Below, in pieces: positions 51,701-63,389 of a stretch of DNA of 64,000 nt. The notes beneath the pieces are model-generated. The model was not told where the DNA came from and ran no database searches. It saw only the letters and a program-made list of their open reading frames with translations. Position numbers and translations under genes: made by a program. This stretch comes from Eukaryota sp. GEM-RC1 (taxonomy: Eukaryota): the NCBI GenBank assembly GCA_040285855.1, contig JAUFOQ010000001.1:3410001-3474000 (forward strand), given 5' to 3'. Positions within the stretch are counted from its first letter, which is position 1. The number at the start of each line of letters is the position of its first letter.

Positions 51701-52983
51701 ACTTTTGTAACAATCACCAAGAGCTTTCATTGCACGTTCATTACCTAATTCTGCGTGTTTTTGACACCAAAAAACAGTTTGCCCTAAGTATGTGCCTGCG
51801 TTAAAGTTTCCCTTAGAATAAGCTTCCAAGAACCAGTGAAGAGCTTGTCTTTCGTTCTTGCTTACCCCAATACCATTAAGAAAACAGTTACCCATATTAA
51901 CCATGGCTTCAGCATCACCTCGATCTGCAGCTTCTTGGTAACCTTCAAAAGCTAATTCATCATTACTTTTTTCTATTTGAAGATCATTTTCTAGAGAATT
52001 GTTCAACTCAAAGACCTCAATGGTTCCTTGAATTTCTTTCAACTCTTTCAGTACATCATTAATACAAGGTCTTTCATTAGGATTAACTGAAAGACATTTG
52101 TTAATCAACGATGAAATTTGCCCAGGAAAACCATCAGGAAAGCTCAATAAATGTTCATTTTGTTTAGCCTCAACTACTTCAAAAACAAGCATATCGTCAA
52201 AGGCAAGTCTATTGGCAAACATTTCATAAAACAATATTCCCAGACTATAAACGTCAAAAGCTGGTCCATAGATTTTCTTAAAAGCTTCTGGAGGAGTGTA
52301 CTTCGGAGTTACTTGGAGCGTGGATGTATAGTTGTACTTGGTCCGTGAAGAACCAAAATCGGCGAGTTTGACCTGTGAGTTAACTATGATGACATTTTGG
52401 GGCTTAATGTCATGGTGTACAATTAACTTGGAATGCAAGTACTTCACAGCGGTACATATATCAATAGCTTGAGCAAGGGTGGTGGAAGAAAGAGATGTTG
52501 GAACTTGTAAATGTCCAGAACCAAGTTCCATCAAGATACCAATGTGCTTCGGAAGTCTGGTTATACCAAACACTCGAAGGACAAAAGGATGAGACAAAGA
52601 GGCCATGTGGCAGACTTCCTGCAAGAGTCTTGCTTCATTCTGATCAGCTTTACGGACGAGTTTCAAAGCAACATTGGTGTCAGCCCATTCACAGAGATGA
52701 ACAGTTCCGCTGATTCCGCTACCCAATTCATTGTCGAGGTTGAAACTGAGGTCTTCAGACGGAATCTCGGGTAGGCGGGATTCTTAACAAAAGCGTCAAC
52801 AGCTTCGCGGACAATATAATTAGGAGCAACATCATTGATAGAGGCTTGTTTACGACAATTAGGACAATTTGGGTGCCCTTCCAGCCATTCAGTAATACAC
52901 GCGAGACAAAAGGAATGTCCACAGGGCAGTGTGGAAGCCTTGTCAAAGATTGAGGAGCAGATCGAGCAATCTAAGTGAAGCAT
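48794..52983 (-). CDS. RING finger + Ser/Thr(TKL-like) kinase + ~25 Sel1-like repeats; frameshifted, with late nonsense and MITE insertion
   Basis: C3HC4 RING (CSIC...CGHSFCLAC...CPNC); kinase GSGISG, VALK, HHDIKPQN, LADFG, YTPPE; 36-aa Sel1 repeats (AVYWYQKAADLG..AM.NLG.CY.NG.G). 1-nt homopolymer indels near 52775 and 50497; TGA at 49407; ancestral end KQLERLLG* at 48794. Confidence 0.88.
48879..49295. mobile_element. hAT-type MITE (417 bp) inserted in the last Sel1 repeat
   Basis: Perfect 8-bp TSD CTTTTGAG (48871-48878, 49296-49303); TIR CAAAGCTGTGTTTCACA / TGTGAAGTACAACTATG (13/17); GTGATCAC subterminal motifs. Confidence 0.9.
49296..51710 (-). repeat. 108-bp coding tandem repeat (Sel1 array) with higher-order blocks
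   Basis: About 22 consecutive 108-bp units; five almost identical units at ~51175-51700; ~432-bp block duplication (shadow ORFs 50216 vs 50647) and 324-bp block (49568 vs 49892). Confidence 0.95.
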
Positions 52984-54269
52984 TGTTGCAAGATCTTCTT
53001 TAAATCCGTTGCAAATTTGTGTCAGCTCAAGATTGAGACATTCATTCTACATTGTACATCAGGCCCACTATTACAAGTATCTTGCTCAAATGACATGGAA
53101 TCACTTAAATCGTGTTCGAGGTATGGATTTCCTTTGACTTTGAGTCATTTCAAAATGGACATTCAGTTTAGTAGTGATTATACTGAATAGGTTTTTGAAT
53201 TTTATACATTATTTATCATACATTTATTAAAATACACCTAATAATCATCATCGTCAGGGTCCAAATTGCCGTTCTGGGGCCAATCAGTTTCTGTTTATCA
53301 CCTCTTGAGTTGAAACCGCCTCATGTCATAACGAACATGGTAGTGTATGAGATCAATTTCGTCATATGTGTAAGTCTTACAAAATCGAATGTTTCATTGA
53401 GCCACTGGTAAGATCACTTGAGGATCTCAAGTTGAAATGAATCATCTAAACAATAGTGACTTTGATAAGATAAGACTTTTGGTAAATGCAGATCTGATGT
53501 CATCTTTCCATCAGTCAATAATGAACTAACGGTTTTTGATGTGATTACTGTGGATGTTTGCAAAAAAAGTGCATTTAAATATGCAAAAATGAAGTCACTA
53601 TCCTTGATTGTTCAGAACATAGTTCAGATATACATGGGTTTCATTTGTCATATACTGTATATACACAAATATACACATACATTTGTATATACTGTGATAT
53701 ACACTAAGTAACAATTGTATATACAGTTCATACCAGTGTTCAAGGACACGCCTGGACACGTTTGAACACGCAGACACGGTGTCTTTTCAAAAACACGCAA
53801 AGAAGACACCCAAAAAGACACCGCGTGTGTACGTGTTTCTCTGCAAAAAACCTCGAAGTACACTTCTATTTCCCTAGATATTGTTTGACTTGAATGTTGT
53901 TATACCACAATAGACTACAATGCCAACAAAAAGTGGCAAAAATACTGACATGATGCGCTGTCAAACAAACCTAGAACACCCATTCAACTCAACAGAACCA
54001 CAGAATCCAAGATTCATTGATGATATGTCAGATAAAGGCAAGAATTGGCCCAAAGGAATATTTTGATAGTCAAACTCTGCGCCGTGTATTAGAACATATT
54101 CCTCCATTTCCGAGCAGAACCAGATAATCCATCATCATCACTTTCTGGAATGTCTTCACTTTCGTCTTCAAAATTGATGTTTGGCACCTCTTCAAACGCT
54201 CCGTTTAAGTCAAATAATTATTTACAAGAACTGAGGTTAATAAGTGAAATATCATTCGGAAATCGATTA

Positions 54270-54900
54270 ACAAAATCAATTAGTCCTGCTGGTGATCAAT
54301 TTTTCAAGGATTTCGAAGAATTGTGTAAAGAAAAGAAGCCTAAGTTTAGAATGGCTGAATGGAAAAACCGTATAGTGTTTTCCATATGTCGGAATATGCA
54401 TTTCTATTTCTCTAGATTGATTGAGAAATTGTACAAGTTTGATGTGAAGGTTAATGTTGATAAACGTAATCTTTTACCGGGTGGTGATGAAGTCGTTTGG
54501 ATTTAATCTAAGCATTATTTTTTTCACAATTTCATAGTTTTGTAGGAAGGTTATTTTATTGGGTGCCGAATAAAGTTTTGTTTATATCATATGAACTTCA
54601 GAACAATGAAAGAGAAACAAAAATATTAGTTTCCCTTGACTGCCCTTAAACAAACCAGACATGTTGAGTACAAATTGTGCCGTTTTGCGATTTCAATATA
54701 TGGTCGAGTTGGTAATGTTACTGTTTGTTTTCTCCTTCATTTTGAGAAAGTTTTCAACAAAATAGTGAACAAGAAATTTGATTCTAGGTTTTGGCTGAAT
54801 CGTAGTGTCTTTAGAATATTTAAAACAACTCCTGTTATGACCTCCAAAGCTCTTTTTAGCTCTCAGTATTTTCTATGACGGAAAAGCTTTTGTGAGTTTC
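54270..54900 (+). mobile_element. Two adjacent 3' relics of RLE/CRE-like non-LTR retrotransposons
   Basis: SISPAGDQFFKDFEELCK...WKNRIVFSI (copy of 15970), then EYKLCRFAISIYGRVG...FWLNRSVFRIFK, both fitting the P-F-x-x-S-x-x-G...W-x-N-R-I-V-F tail of RLE LINEs. Confidence 0.55.
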
Positions 54901-55945
54901 AGTGGCAATGATTGTTAATTTAATGATATTGAGCTCTAGTTTTTGTTCTTATTTTACTGTTTTTGTTCTGTAAACATGTCACAAATACAATAAGGATCAA
55001 GTAAATGTCAAACTTGGTGAAAAGTGTACCACCCCATATATAAAAGAAAAAAATGGTTCGAAAATCCATTGATTCGTTCGAAATGTTTACTGGAAATGAG
55101 CATTTTTTAATCAAAACTACAATATTAGTTTTAACTGTAGAGGATTTTTCTGTTTCCTTCTGATTTTTACACGTAGTTGTACTTGAATCTTTATCATCCC
55201 GAATTTTTTAATTTTAATTCGTTGTAATCGTTTGTCACTAGTACAAACAATTTTACATCCAAAATTAAGCAATTTTCATTTTTAATAATAATCATATCAT
55301 TTTTTGTAAGGAAATACATTCATATTTATTGACAACAACACTACAGTGCACATACATCTAATAGTCAATACATTGTACAATCAAAGTCGAAATTGCCTAT
55401 GTGGAAATTCTCCCCAACCTTATCCTTATAATGCCTGCCAAGAGATGATGCATCATGAGAAACAGAAGTCACTATACCATAAAAGGTTGTAAACACCTGT
55501 ATCTTGTCGAACTAGTTTGGTGGTAACTACTTTTCGGATTTGGGTAGTTCGTATATCCTTCGTATATCCATCACGATATTTAATCTGGAATCATTTAGTG
55601 ATGTTGTTAATTTTTCAATTCATCTCATCAGAACCAAATATACCAAGATTCAATGATGAGAAGCTATAAAGGTAAGAATTGGCCCAAAACAACGTTTATA
55701 TAATCAAACTCTGCTGCAGTGGTAGCAGTTGTTAATGGATCAGAAATTCTTTTTAAAAAAACACACGCAAAAACCCAAAACATCATAGACACCAGTCATA
55801 GACACTGTGTGGGCACGCGTGTTAACACCGACACAGTGTCTTTTACAAAACACGGGCCAAATTTCCATCATTAGTCTCATCATCTGACTTTTCTCATATC
55901 GTACAAGATTATTTATCATCATACACTAGCAGTAGTCGTACAAAA

Positions 55946-58574
55946 ATGATTTCTCCTGTAAAAGTGACACCAAACCCTAATGATATCGTTTCCCAACTCT
56001 ACCAGAAGAAACAAAGGAGTTTCTTACTGACAAGAGTATCGTCTTCCACGGTGAATCCTATCCTTGTCATTCTTCTTTTCTCTCCTCCTTCAGCCCAGTC
56101 TTGAAAGAGAAGCTACTCAGCTCCGATCATGAAGTAAACTTCCCCCAACTAGAGTCTATTGTTCCCGATGCCGATCTTTTCTTTCAAATCCTAGACTACT
56201 GTTATGGACAACCCTTTCAACTTACCTTGCAGAACTTGGCTAGTGTACTCTCCGTAGCTTCTTCTCTTCAACTTTCCTCTTTTGTAGACGCCATATATAA
56301 GATTATTTCTGAAGGATTTTCCAAACCACGTCATCTTCAGTTGAAGTCTGAAGAAGTCTTACAAACTATTAAATCAAGGGTTGAACGAGATGTTATGGTT
56401 TCTTATAAGGGCAAGTCTCTAACCATTAGCTCCTTGGTATTGATTTGTTCTTCTGAATATTTTAAAAATCTGTTTTGTTTGAATTTTGCGGACTCAAATG
56501 ACCGAAAGTTCTCTTACATTGAACAATTTTCTGATGTTTCTGGGTCAAATTTTGAGACTTTTTTTAATTTTCTTCTTGGTGAAACAATTACTCTTGATGT
56601 CAATAACGTCGTTGATTTTTATCAATTGGCAGTTTATTTTCAAGTAAAAAATCTGAAAGAAACTTGTAATTCATTTATTTCTTCTTTTAATTCTACAAAT
56701 GATATACTTCTTTTATTGAAGACTATTTCGGAACGGAATCTTCTTAATATGCTGAAAGATAATTTAAATCTCTTTGGAAAATTAGACAAAGATCTAGATC
56801 TACCTTCACCTTTCCCTTTACCTCTTTCATTTATCCTTCTTTTAATGACGAATGTGACTAATTCTTGGTTGTTAAAGTGTTTGTCGGTGTCCATTACCAA
56901 TCAAGTTTTCGAAGAAGAATGTCATACAGTAATTCAAGTATTTGAAAAAATCTTCGTTACAGATAACATTATTGAACAAGTGTATATTTGTTTGTTTCCA
57001 CTATTTGATCAGAATTACTTTTGTCAATTCCTGTTGTCGTGGTCAATGAAAGTCTTTCAGGGGGATTCAAAATGTTCAGGTTATCCCTGATCAATGGTTT
57101 TTGTGGTGTTTATCTCAAAGTTGTTTGAATTTTAAGAGATGTAAAATTTCAAATATTGATTTTTTCATTAAAAGTTTCGCATTAATCATTGACCAGAGTG
57201 TTCTGGACAGTATTTCAATTGCTCCGTGTCTTACCCCTGAAGTTTTTTCCAAAATTAAAGAAGACCCTACCTAATACTTATGACTTATTTCTTGTCAATT
57301 GCCTTGTCACGTCATGGAAAGACACTGAATTATGGTCAGTTGAACAGTTTAACGAAGTAATTGTTGATTTTGATTTTTTCTCTAGTGCCAAAAACATTGA
57401 AATTTTAAATATTCTCTCAGATTTGACTACTGATACACGACTTGCCCCCTTTCTTATGCCAGTTTTGTTAAAGCACTCATTGAAATCTTTGAATCACCAT
57501 AGACAATCAATTTCTATCAACACCCCAGCCGTGACAGGTCATTCTCAGTGTATTAGACCTGGTCCAAGAGGTAGTAGCAATGATCAAAGCATTTCTAAAC
57601 CATCACATTCTAAAGCAGAGATGCCTAGAAATGCTAATGCTTACGAATTTCAAGAGCAACGTAGCAAAGCCAAGCAAGATCCCCTATTCGCTACACTTAA
57701 AGAGATCACAGGTTTGTTAAATAAGCTGTCATATTCCAACAAGTACAAGATCTTCAGCAGTATTGTTCAAATCTTTAACAGACAACATCCTTATTCAAAA
57801 ACACTTTCTGATGAATTACTTGCAGATTTCAAGATTGAGTTTGTCGATCTTCTGTATGACAAGGCTGTGATGGAACCTCCTTTTGTCGATCTCTACTCCC
57901 AGCTTTGTTTCACGTTAACCAAAGAATTGCCAGACTTATCAGGAGTTGTAATGAGAAAGTGCCAGTTTCACTATGAGAAATACTTCGTCACAGATAGTTC
58001 ACTCTTAAATGAGATCACTGATCAACTTGAACAAGTCAAAAGAGCTCGTTATGTCAACGACAGGGAAGTCACTGAACTTCTAGAGGAACGGGTACCTATT
58101 GAATACTTGTTGAAGGCAAAAGTTTTGGGTAATCTTCGCTTTGTTGGTTCTTTAATTCTTTACTCAGTTATTCCTCCAGCAGTAGCTTCAACAATTACTA
58201 AACAATTATGTCAGAACTTCCAAAAACCATTGGCAGTTGAAGGTCTTGTAACTCTATGGACTAAACTATCTGAAACAGCTGGAATCAATGATTATATTGA
58301 GACAGTCGTGGTCAAGTACATCAGCGAGTTCTCTTGTTCTGCAGTTCTTCCCCTTCGAGAACGAGACATGTGTACTGAGTGGATTATATTGTTTAATAAA
58401 CTAAAGAAAGCCCAGGAAAGGAGCTCTTTTAGTCAAGATGTTAGAACACCGAAGAGTGATAGTTCTCAGGACGATGAAAACACAGACCAAGAATCATCAT
58501 CTGATAGTGCATATTATGTGTCCGTGTCTGAGTCTGATTCTTCTGTTTCTGATTGTTGTGATAGTTCTGCGTGA
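55946..58574 (+). CDS. BTB-BTB-MIF4G fusion gene, copy 2 (only 1-nt indels seen; possibly intact)
   Basis: MISPVKV at 55946; BTB1/BTB2 in ORF 56101..57090; MIF4G in 57189..58574 (EITGLLNKLS...DKAVMEPPFVDLYSQLC...KVLGNLRFVGSL). Breaks at an A-run (~56013), a G-run (~57061) and TTTCCAAA (~57249); no nonsense codon seen. Confidence 0.8.
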
Positions 58575-58689
58575 TGTATCATATACATTAAAACATTGTT
58601 GTCAAAAACGTATTGTGTGTTTTAATTGTAGTGTTGTATTTTCGACTAACACAAACAAGGAAAACAGCTACAAAAACCTAAGTGAAATC

Positions 58690-59300
58690 TTAATCAGTTC
58701 CACAATCAAAAGTGATTAAATTGTCTTTGACTATCAAACAATCTGAATCAACAGTTAGTGGGGATAAGAGAGTTGTTGTTATAAGTGGTAGTCGTGGTCT
58801 TAGAAGTATCTCTGAAGCAGCCTTGATGACATCATCATAAATGTTACAAGTGTCAGTTTGGCTTGTAACACTACACAGATGCCGCTGGTCGTTAATTCTA
58901 TTAAGAGTGAAAGGATTTTCGAAATCCAGGTCTTTAAATGCATTCAAAAGCTAATTTTGAAGTTTAACCACATACAACGGAAGAGACAGTAGAGATTTTG
59001 AAGGAATACTTGGTAAATGAGAAGGAAAACAGTGGTACCAAATACTAAATCCAAACTGTCAATAACCGAAACTAATGAACTTAGCCGAGGAGTAGAATCT
59101 ATGAGTTTCATTGAACAAATCAATAGTATCTGGATTTAAATTCAAAAAGAAAAATTTTGATCCACCGATGAACGCATTTTTAGTTAGGCTTGAAGCTCTT
59201 GAAAAGCTTACACCACCAAAATTAGCTGATGAAAAAGCGTGATAAAGCATTTTCGAGTCATTAACCTCTACACGTTCACTTAAGAACTTAGTTCTCAATG
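58690..59300 (-). mobile_element. Probable non-LTR retrotransposon relic
   Basis: HAFSSANFGGVSFSRASSLTKNAFIGG resembles the post-RT GG(L/I)G...AF motif of CRE/R2-like elements. Confidence 0.45.
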
Positions 59301-59964
59301 AATTGAATTGTCAATTGTCAATTGCTTCACTTTTATGAAACCGCACCACATCAGTTTTCATCAAAACTTCTCATTTTGAACGTTGTTTTCCTGACCTAGT
59401 AACTTAACTTGTAAGGCATTCATACACCTGTAATTGTAATTTTACACATTCCGTGAAGGGTTTGTACACTTTTAGAAAGAATTTTTCCTAATTTATCTGC
59501 CTCAAAGATCTCTGATTCTACAACAAATAAAATTTTTGTTTTAAAACCGCTAACTGATTGAGAACATCAGTAATCTCTCAATGTGTGCTTCAGCCCTACT
59601 ACACGTTTGTTTCAATACATTAGATCCTGAAAGCCACTTCAAATCAGTGTACAACAAAGTAAAGTCGTACTTTAATTTAGTTTGTGTTTTTGTTAGTGTT
59701 TAAGATATGGTTTTGGCCATAAAGCCCCGCTTTTGGTGTACCGCTACTGCCAGATTTGATAGTGATGTGTGTTGTTTTAACGATATCAAATATTAGGTTT
59801 TTTAGTACATTTATAAACTTAAGGTAAAGTCCTGTCCGATCCATAAACTTAAAAGAGCTTCTCCTCTTTTCTCCTGAGTTTACGGTAGACCTTTCTCGTC
59901 GTTTTAACTCTTTGAGAACAGATTTTTTTTTCAGAGCTGGCAGAGTCGAATATGCTTTCCATTC

Positions 59965-60146
59965 ATCGTCATTCATTTGCTGCTGTGAGATTTGGTGGAA
60001 TTGGGTTTTCCAAAGCCCGTTATATGCGTGAAGGTGCCTTTTTAGGATGTTTGAAGAATCTGCTGTATGAATTTAAGTTACGTTATCCCTTACTTTGGTC
60101 TAATGAAGAGCTCATTCGATTTTCGCATTGTCACTGGCTTATATAA
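59965..60146 (+). mobile_element. Non-LTR retrotransposon RT C-terminal fragment
   Basis: HSFAAVRFGGIGFSKARYMREGAFLGCLKNLLYEF, homologous to the motif at 59160-59250 on the opposite strand. Confidence 0.5.
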
Positions 60147-61310
60147 CTTCAAAATCTTGTAGATGGTATGAACCCTGATGTTTGGGAATCCTTGTTCCCT
60201 GAAACACCTCAACGTACGCTTTTTTCCCTCCCTCTTGGTGTTAGAAAATTTTGGAAGAAATGTGTATCTTTTCATGAGAACTTGGACTATTGCATTAGCT
60301 GTGGCTAAAGTTAAAACTCCGCACATAAATGCGTAATTTTAAACTTAATAGTGGTAGTTGACGATTTTTTAGAATAGTTCTTGTCTTCAAAAGGTAGACG
60401 ATTCTCTTTTTAAAAGTTCTACTCACAAGATAAGTTTCTCAGCTTTATTCAGCTTTATTCAACGATTTCAAGTTCATATTTACCAAACAATAAGTGATCA
60501 TATGGATGACAATTACCGATACTTAGTCTGAGAAGAGTTCCAGTAAGACTAACCAATGTGCACAAACCGTTGGTACGTACCAATTTATTTTATCCGTACC
60601 GATGTCAATTGATTCTATGAAAAACCTACTCATGAATGATCGAAATGGATGTACAAATACTATTTTTGGGTGGAGGTTCATTCACTAGTAAAACACAGTA
60701 CTAGTGCAATTGCTATTGCATCATCTGATTGTTTAGAAATCCAATCTGTGGGTTTCTCGGCCCTTTATCATTGTTATATTCCGTCTTAACTACTCAATAA
60801 ATACAGAGCGCTTCGGAGCTGTTACTACTATTGTTGATTCCGAGCGATTGCTGAGCTTCGTACGTAAAAATGTCATTTTGGGGAAGTTGTGGTCAACAAA
60901 TGACGTACCCTAAATGTGAATATGTGTGATAATCACGATTATGATATCCTGAGCAATGTTTAACGGTAGAATTTATGACGATGGTAACTGTTAAAATCTC
61001 ACATTGGATCACCATGTTTAAAATAGTAATACATGTACTATATTTTAGTCGGTCAAAAGAACAGTACCGGTACTTGTACCGTATGTACCGTATGTACGGT
61101 GTACGTACATACGGTACGGTACACCAAAAATCGCCGCGGTACGGAACATTTGCGTTCCATGAGACTAACAGAAGAATTATTCACTGTCATTAACACAGTT
61201 ATTAATTTCCAACTGTATAATTTAATACTTTTGATTTATTGAAAAGTGTATCAGAGAGTCTATAAGAGGTTGAACTACAGAATTGAGCGCCTCGATTTGT
61301 AATTGACACA

Positions 61311-63138
61311 TCATCCTAAGAGTCGTTCTAGTTGCGTTTGGGCTTTAGAATTACCCAAATCAGCAGCCTTTTGATACCAGTATACAGCTTTTGATCGGTC
61401 TTTTTCGATTCCTAATCCATTTTTGTAACAACGACCAAGACTATACATGGCACCTGAATGGCCCAAATCTACAGCCTTCTGAAACCAGTATACAGCTTTT
61501 GGTAGGTCTTTTTCGATTCCTAATCCATACTTGCACCCAACACCAAGATTAAACATGGCATCTGAATCGCCCAAATCTGCAGCCTTCTGAAACCAGTATA
61601 CAGCTTTTGGTAGGTCTTTTTCGATTCCTTCCCCATTTACGTAACAATCTCCAAGATTAAACATGGCACTTGAATGGCCCAAATCTGCAGCCTTTTGATA
61701 CCAATATAAGGCTTTTGATTGGTCTTTTTCAATTCCTTCTCCATTTTTGTAACAAACACCAATAATAAACATGGCACCTGAATGGCCCAAATCTACAGCC
61801 TTCTGAAACCAGTAAACAGCTTTTGATATTGTCTTCTTCGATTCCATGTCCAATCATATAACAAAAACCTGAAGCAGTCATTGCAAGTTCATCACCTAAT
61901 TCTGCGTGTATTTGACACCAATGAATAGTTTTCCCTAAGTGTGTTCTTGCGTTAGAGTTTCCCTTAAAAGAAGCTTTCAAGAACCAGTAAACAGCTTGTC
62001 TTTCGTTCTTGCTTACCCCAATACCATTAAGAAAACAGTTACCCAGATTAACCATGGCTTCAGCATCACCTCGTTCTGCAGCTTCTTGGTAACCTTCAAA
62101 AGCTAATTCATCATTACTTTTCTCTAATTGAAGATCATTTTCCAGAGAATTGTTCAACTCAAAGACTTCAATGGTTTGTTCAATTTCTTTCAACTCTTTC
62201 AGTACATCATTAATAGAAGGTCTTTCACTAGGATTAACTGAAAGACATTTGTTAATCAAGGTTAAAATTGGCCCAGGAAAACCATCAGGAAAGCTCAATA
62301 AATGTTCATTTTGTTTAGCCGTAACTACTTCCAAAACAAGCATATCCTCAAAGGCAAGTCTATTGGTAAACATTTCATAAAACAATATTCCCAGACTATA
62401 AACGTCGAAAGCTGGTCCATAGATTTTACTGAAAGCTTCTGGAGGAGTGTACTTCGGAGTTACTTGGAGCGTGGAGGTGTAGTTGTACTTGGTCCGTGAA
62501 GAACCAAAATCGGCGAGTTTGACCTGTGAGTTAACTATAATGACATTTTGGGGCTTAATGTCATGGTGTACAATTTCCTTGGAATGTAAGTACTTTACAG
62601 CGGTACATACATCAATAGCTTGAGCAAGGGTGGTGGAAGAAAGAGATGTTGGAACTTGTAAGTGTTCAGAACCAAGTTCCATCAAGATACCAATGTGCTT
62701 CGGAAGTCTGGTTATACCAAACACTCGAAGGACAAAAGGATGAGACAAAGAGGCCATGTGGGAGACTTCCTGCAAGAGTCTTGCTTCATTCTGATCAGCT
62801 TTGCGGACGAGCTTCAAAGCAACTTTGGTGTCAGCCCATTCACAGAGATAAACAGTTCCGCTGATTCCACTACCCAATTCATCGTTGAGGTGGAAACTGA
62901 GGTCTTCAGACGGAATCTCGGGTAGGGCGGCAGGATTCCTAACAAAAGCATCGACAGCTTCGCGGACAACATAATTAGGAGCAACATCAATGATAGAGGC
63001 TTGTTTACGACAATTAGGACAATTTTGGTGCCCTTCTAGCCATTCAGTAATACACGTGAGACAAAAGGAATGTCCACAGGGTAGTGTGGAAGCCTTGTCA
63101 AAGATTGAGGAGCAAATCGAGCAATCTAAGTGAAGCAT
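61311..63138 (-). CDS. RING finger + kinase + ~7 Sel1-like repeats (one frameshift near 61830)
   Basis: ORF 61729..63138 has RING and an intact kinase in one frame; 61311..61853 carries the remaining Sel1 repeats, ending TQLERLLG*. Confidence 0.9.
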
Positions 63139-63211
63139 TGCTGCAAGATGAGATAAATATCTTGTGAATTTGTGTCAGCCCAAAATTGTCACGTGACAAT
63201 ATTTATAAGTT

Positions 63212-63381
63212 AAATTTTTGAATTAATGAATATTTCGAAAATAGTCAAATCTGGGAAAATCTTACATTTGGCAGAAATGCCAGGTTCCTTTATTCGTGCT
63301 CTTCGTGATGTGAATGGAAGTGATTATGATTGGGATGGTGCAAGTGCTGATTTCAGAAAGAATTCTTTATTCTTGAGTGAC
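63212..63381 (+). pseudogene. Fragment of an FtsJ/RrmJ-like mRNA cap 2'-O-methyltransferase (CMTR2- or giant-virus-like)
   Basis: (*)IFELMN...KILHLAEMPGSFIRAL...YDWDGAS matches the K-x-x-E motif and the SAM-binding LHL(C/A)E-x-PG-x-FI motif; flanked by ATTTATAAGTT direct repeats. Confidence 0.6.
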
Positions 63382-63389
63382 ATTTATAA

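Larger units (their letters stand above)
43821..53030. repeat. Segmental duplication unit 1 [BTB-BTB-MIF4G + spacer + RING-kinase-Sel1]
   Basis: Begins ATCACGATATTTAATCTGGAATC (also at 55570); collinear with 55570-63185 across both genes and most of the spacer. Confidence 0.92.
55570..63185. repeat. Segmental duplication unit 2 [BTB-BTB-MIF4G + spacer + RING-kinase-Sel1]
   Basis: Collinear with 43821-53030; differs by a short Sel1 array, no MITE and different spacer inserts. Confidence 0.92.

Noticed and set aside
49296..51710. Regular repeat array as a possible CRISPR
   Set aside because: Contiguous 108-bp coding units with no unique spacers and no cas genes; eukaryotic context.
49293..51748. 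Long plus-strand and alternate-frame ORFs (334, 420, 285 aa) over the Sel1 array
   Set aside because: Shadow ORFs produced by repetition of a stop-free 108-bp unit; no independent domain signal.
52663..61853. Programmed ribosomal frameshifting in the kinase and BTB-MIF4G genes
   Set aside because: Breaks occur at different positions in the paralogs and mostly in homopolymers; sequencing error or decay is simpler.
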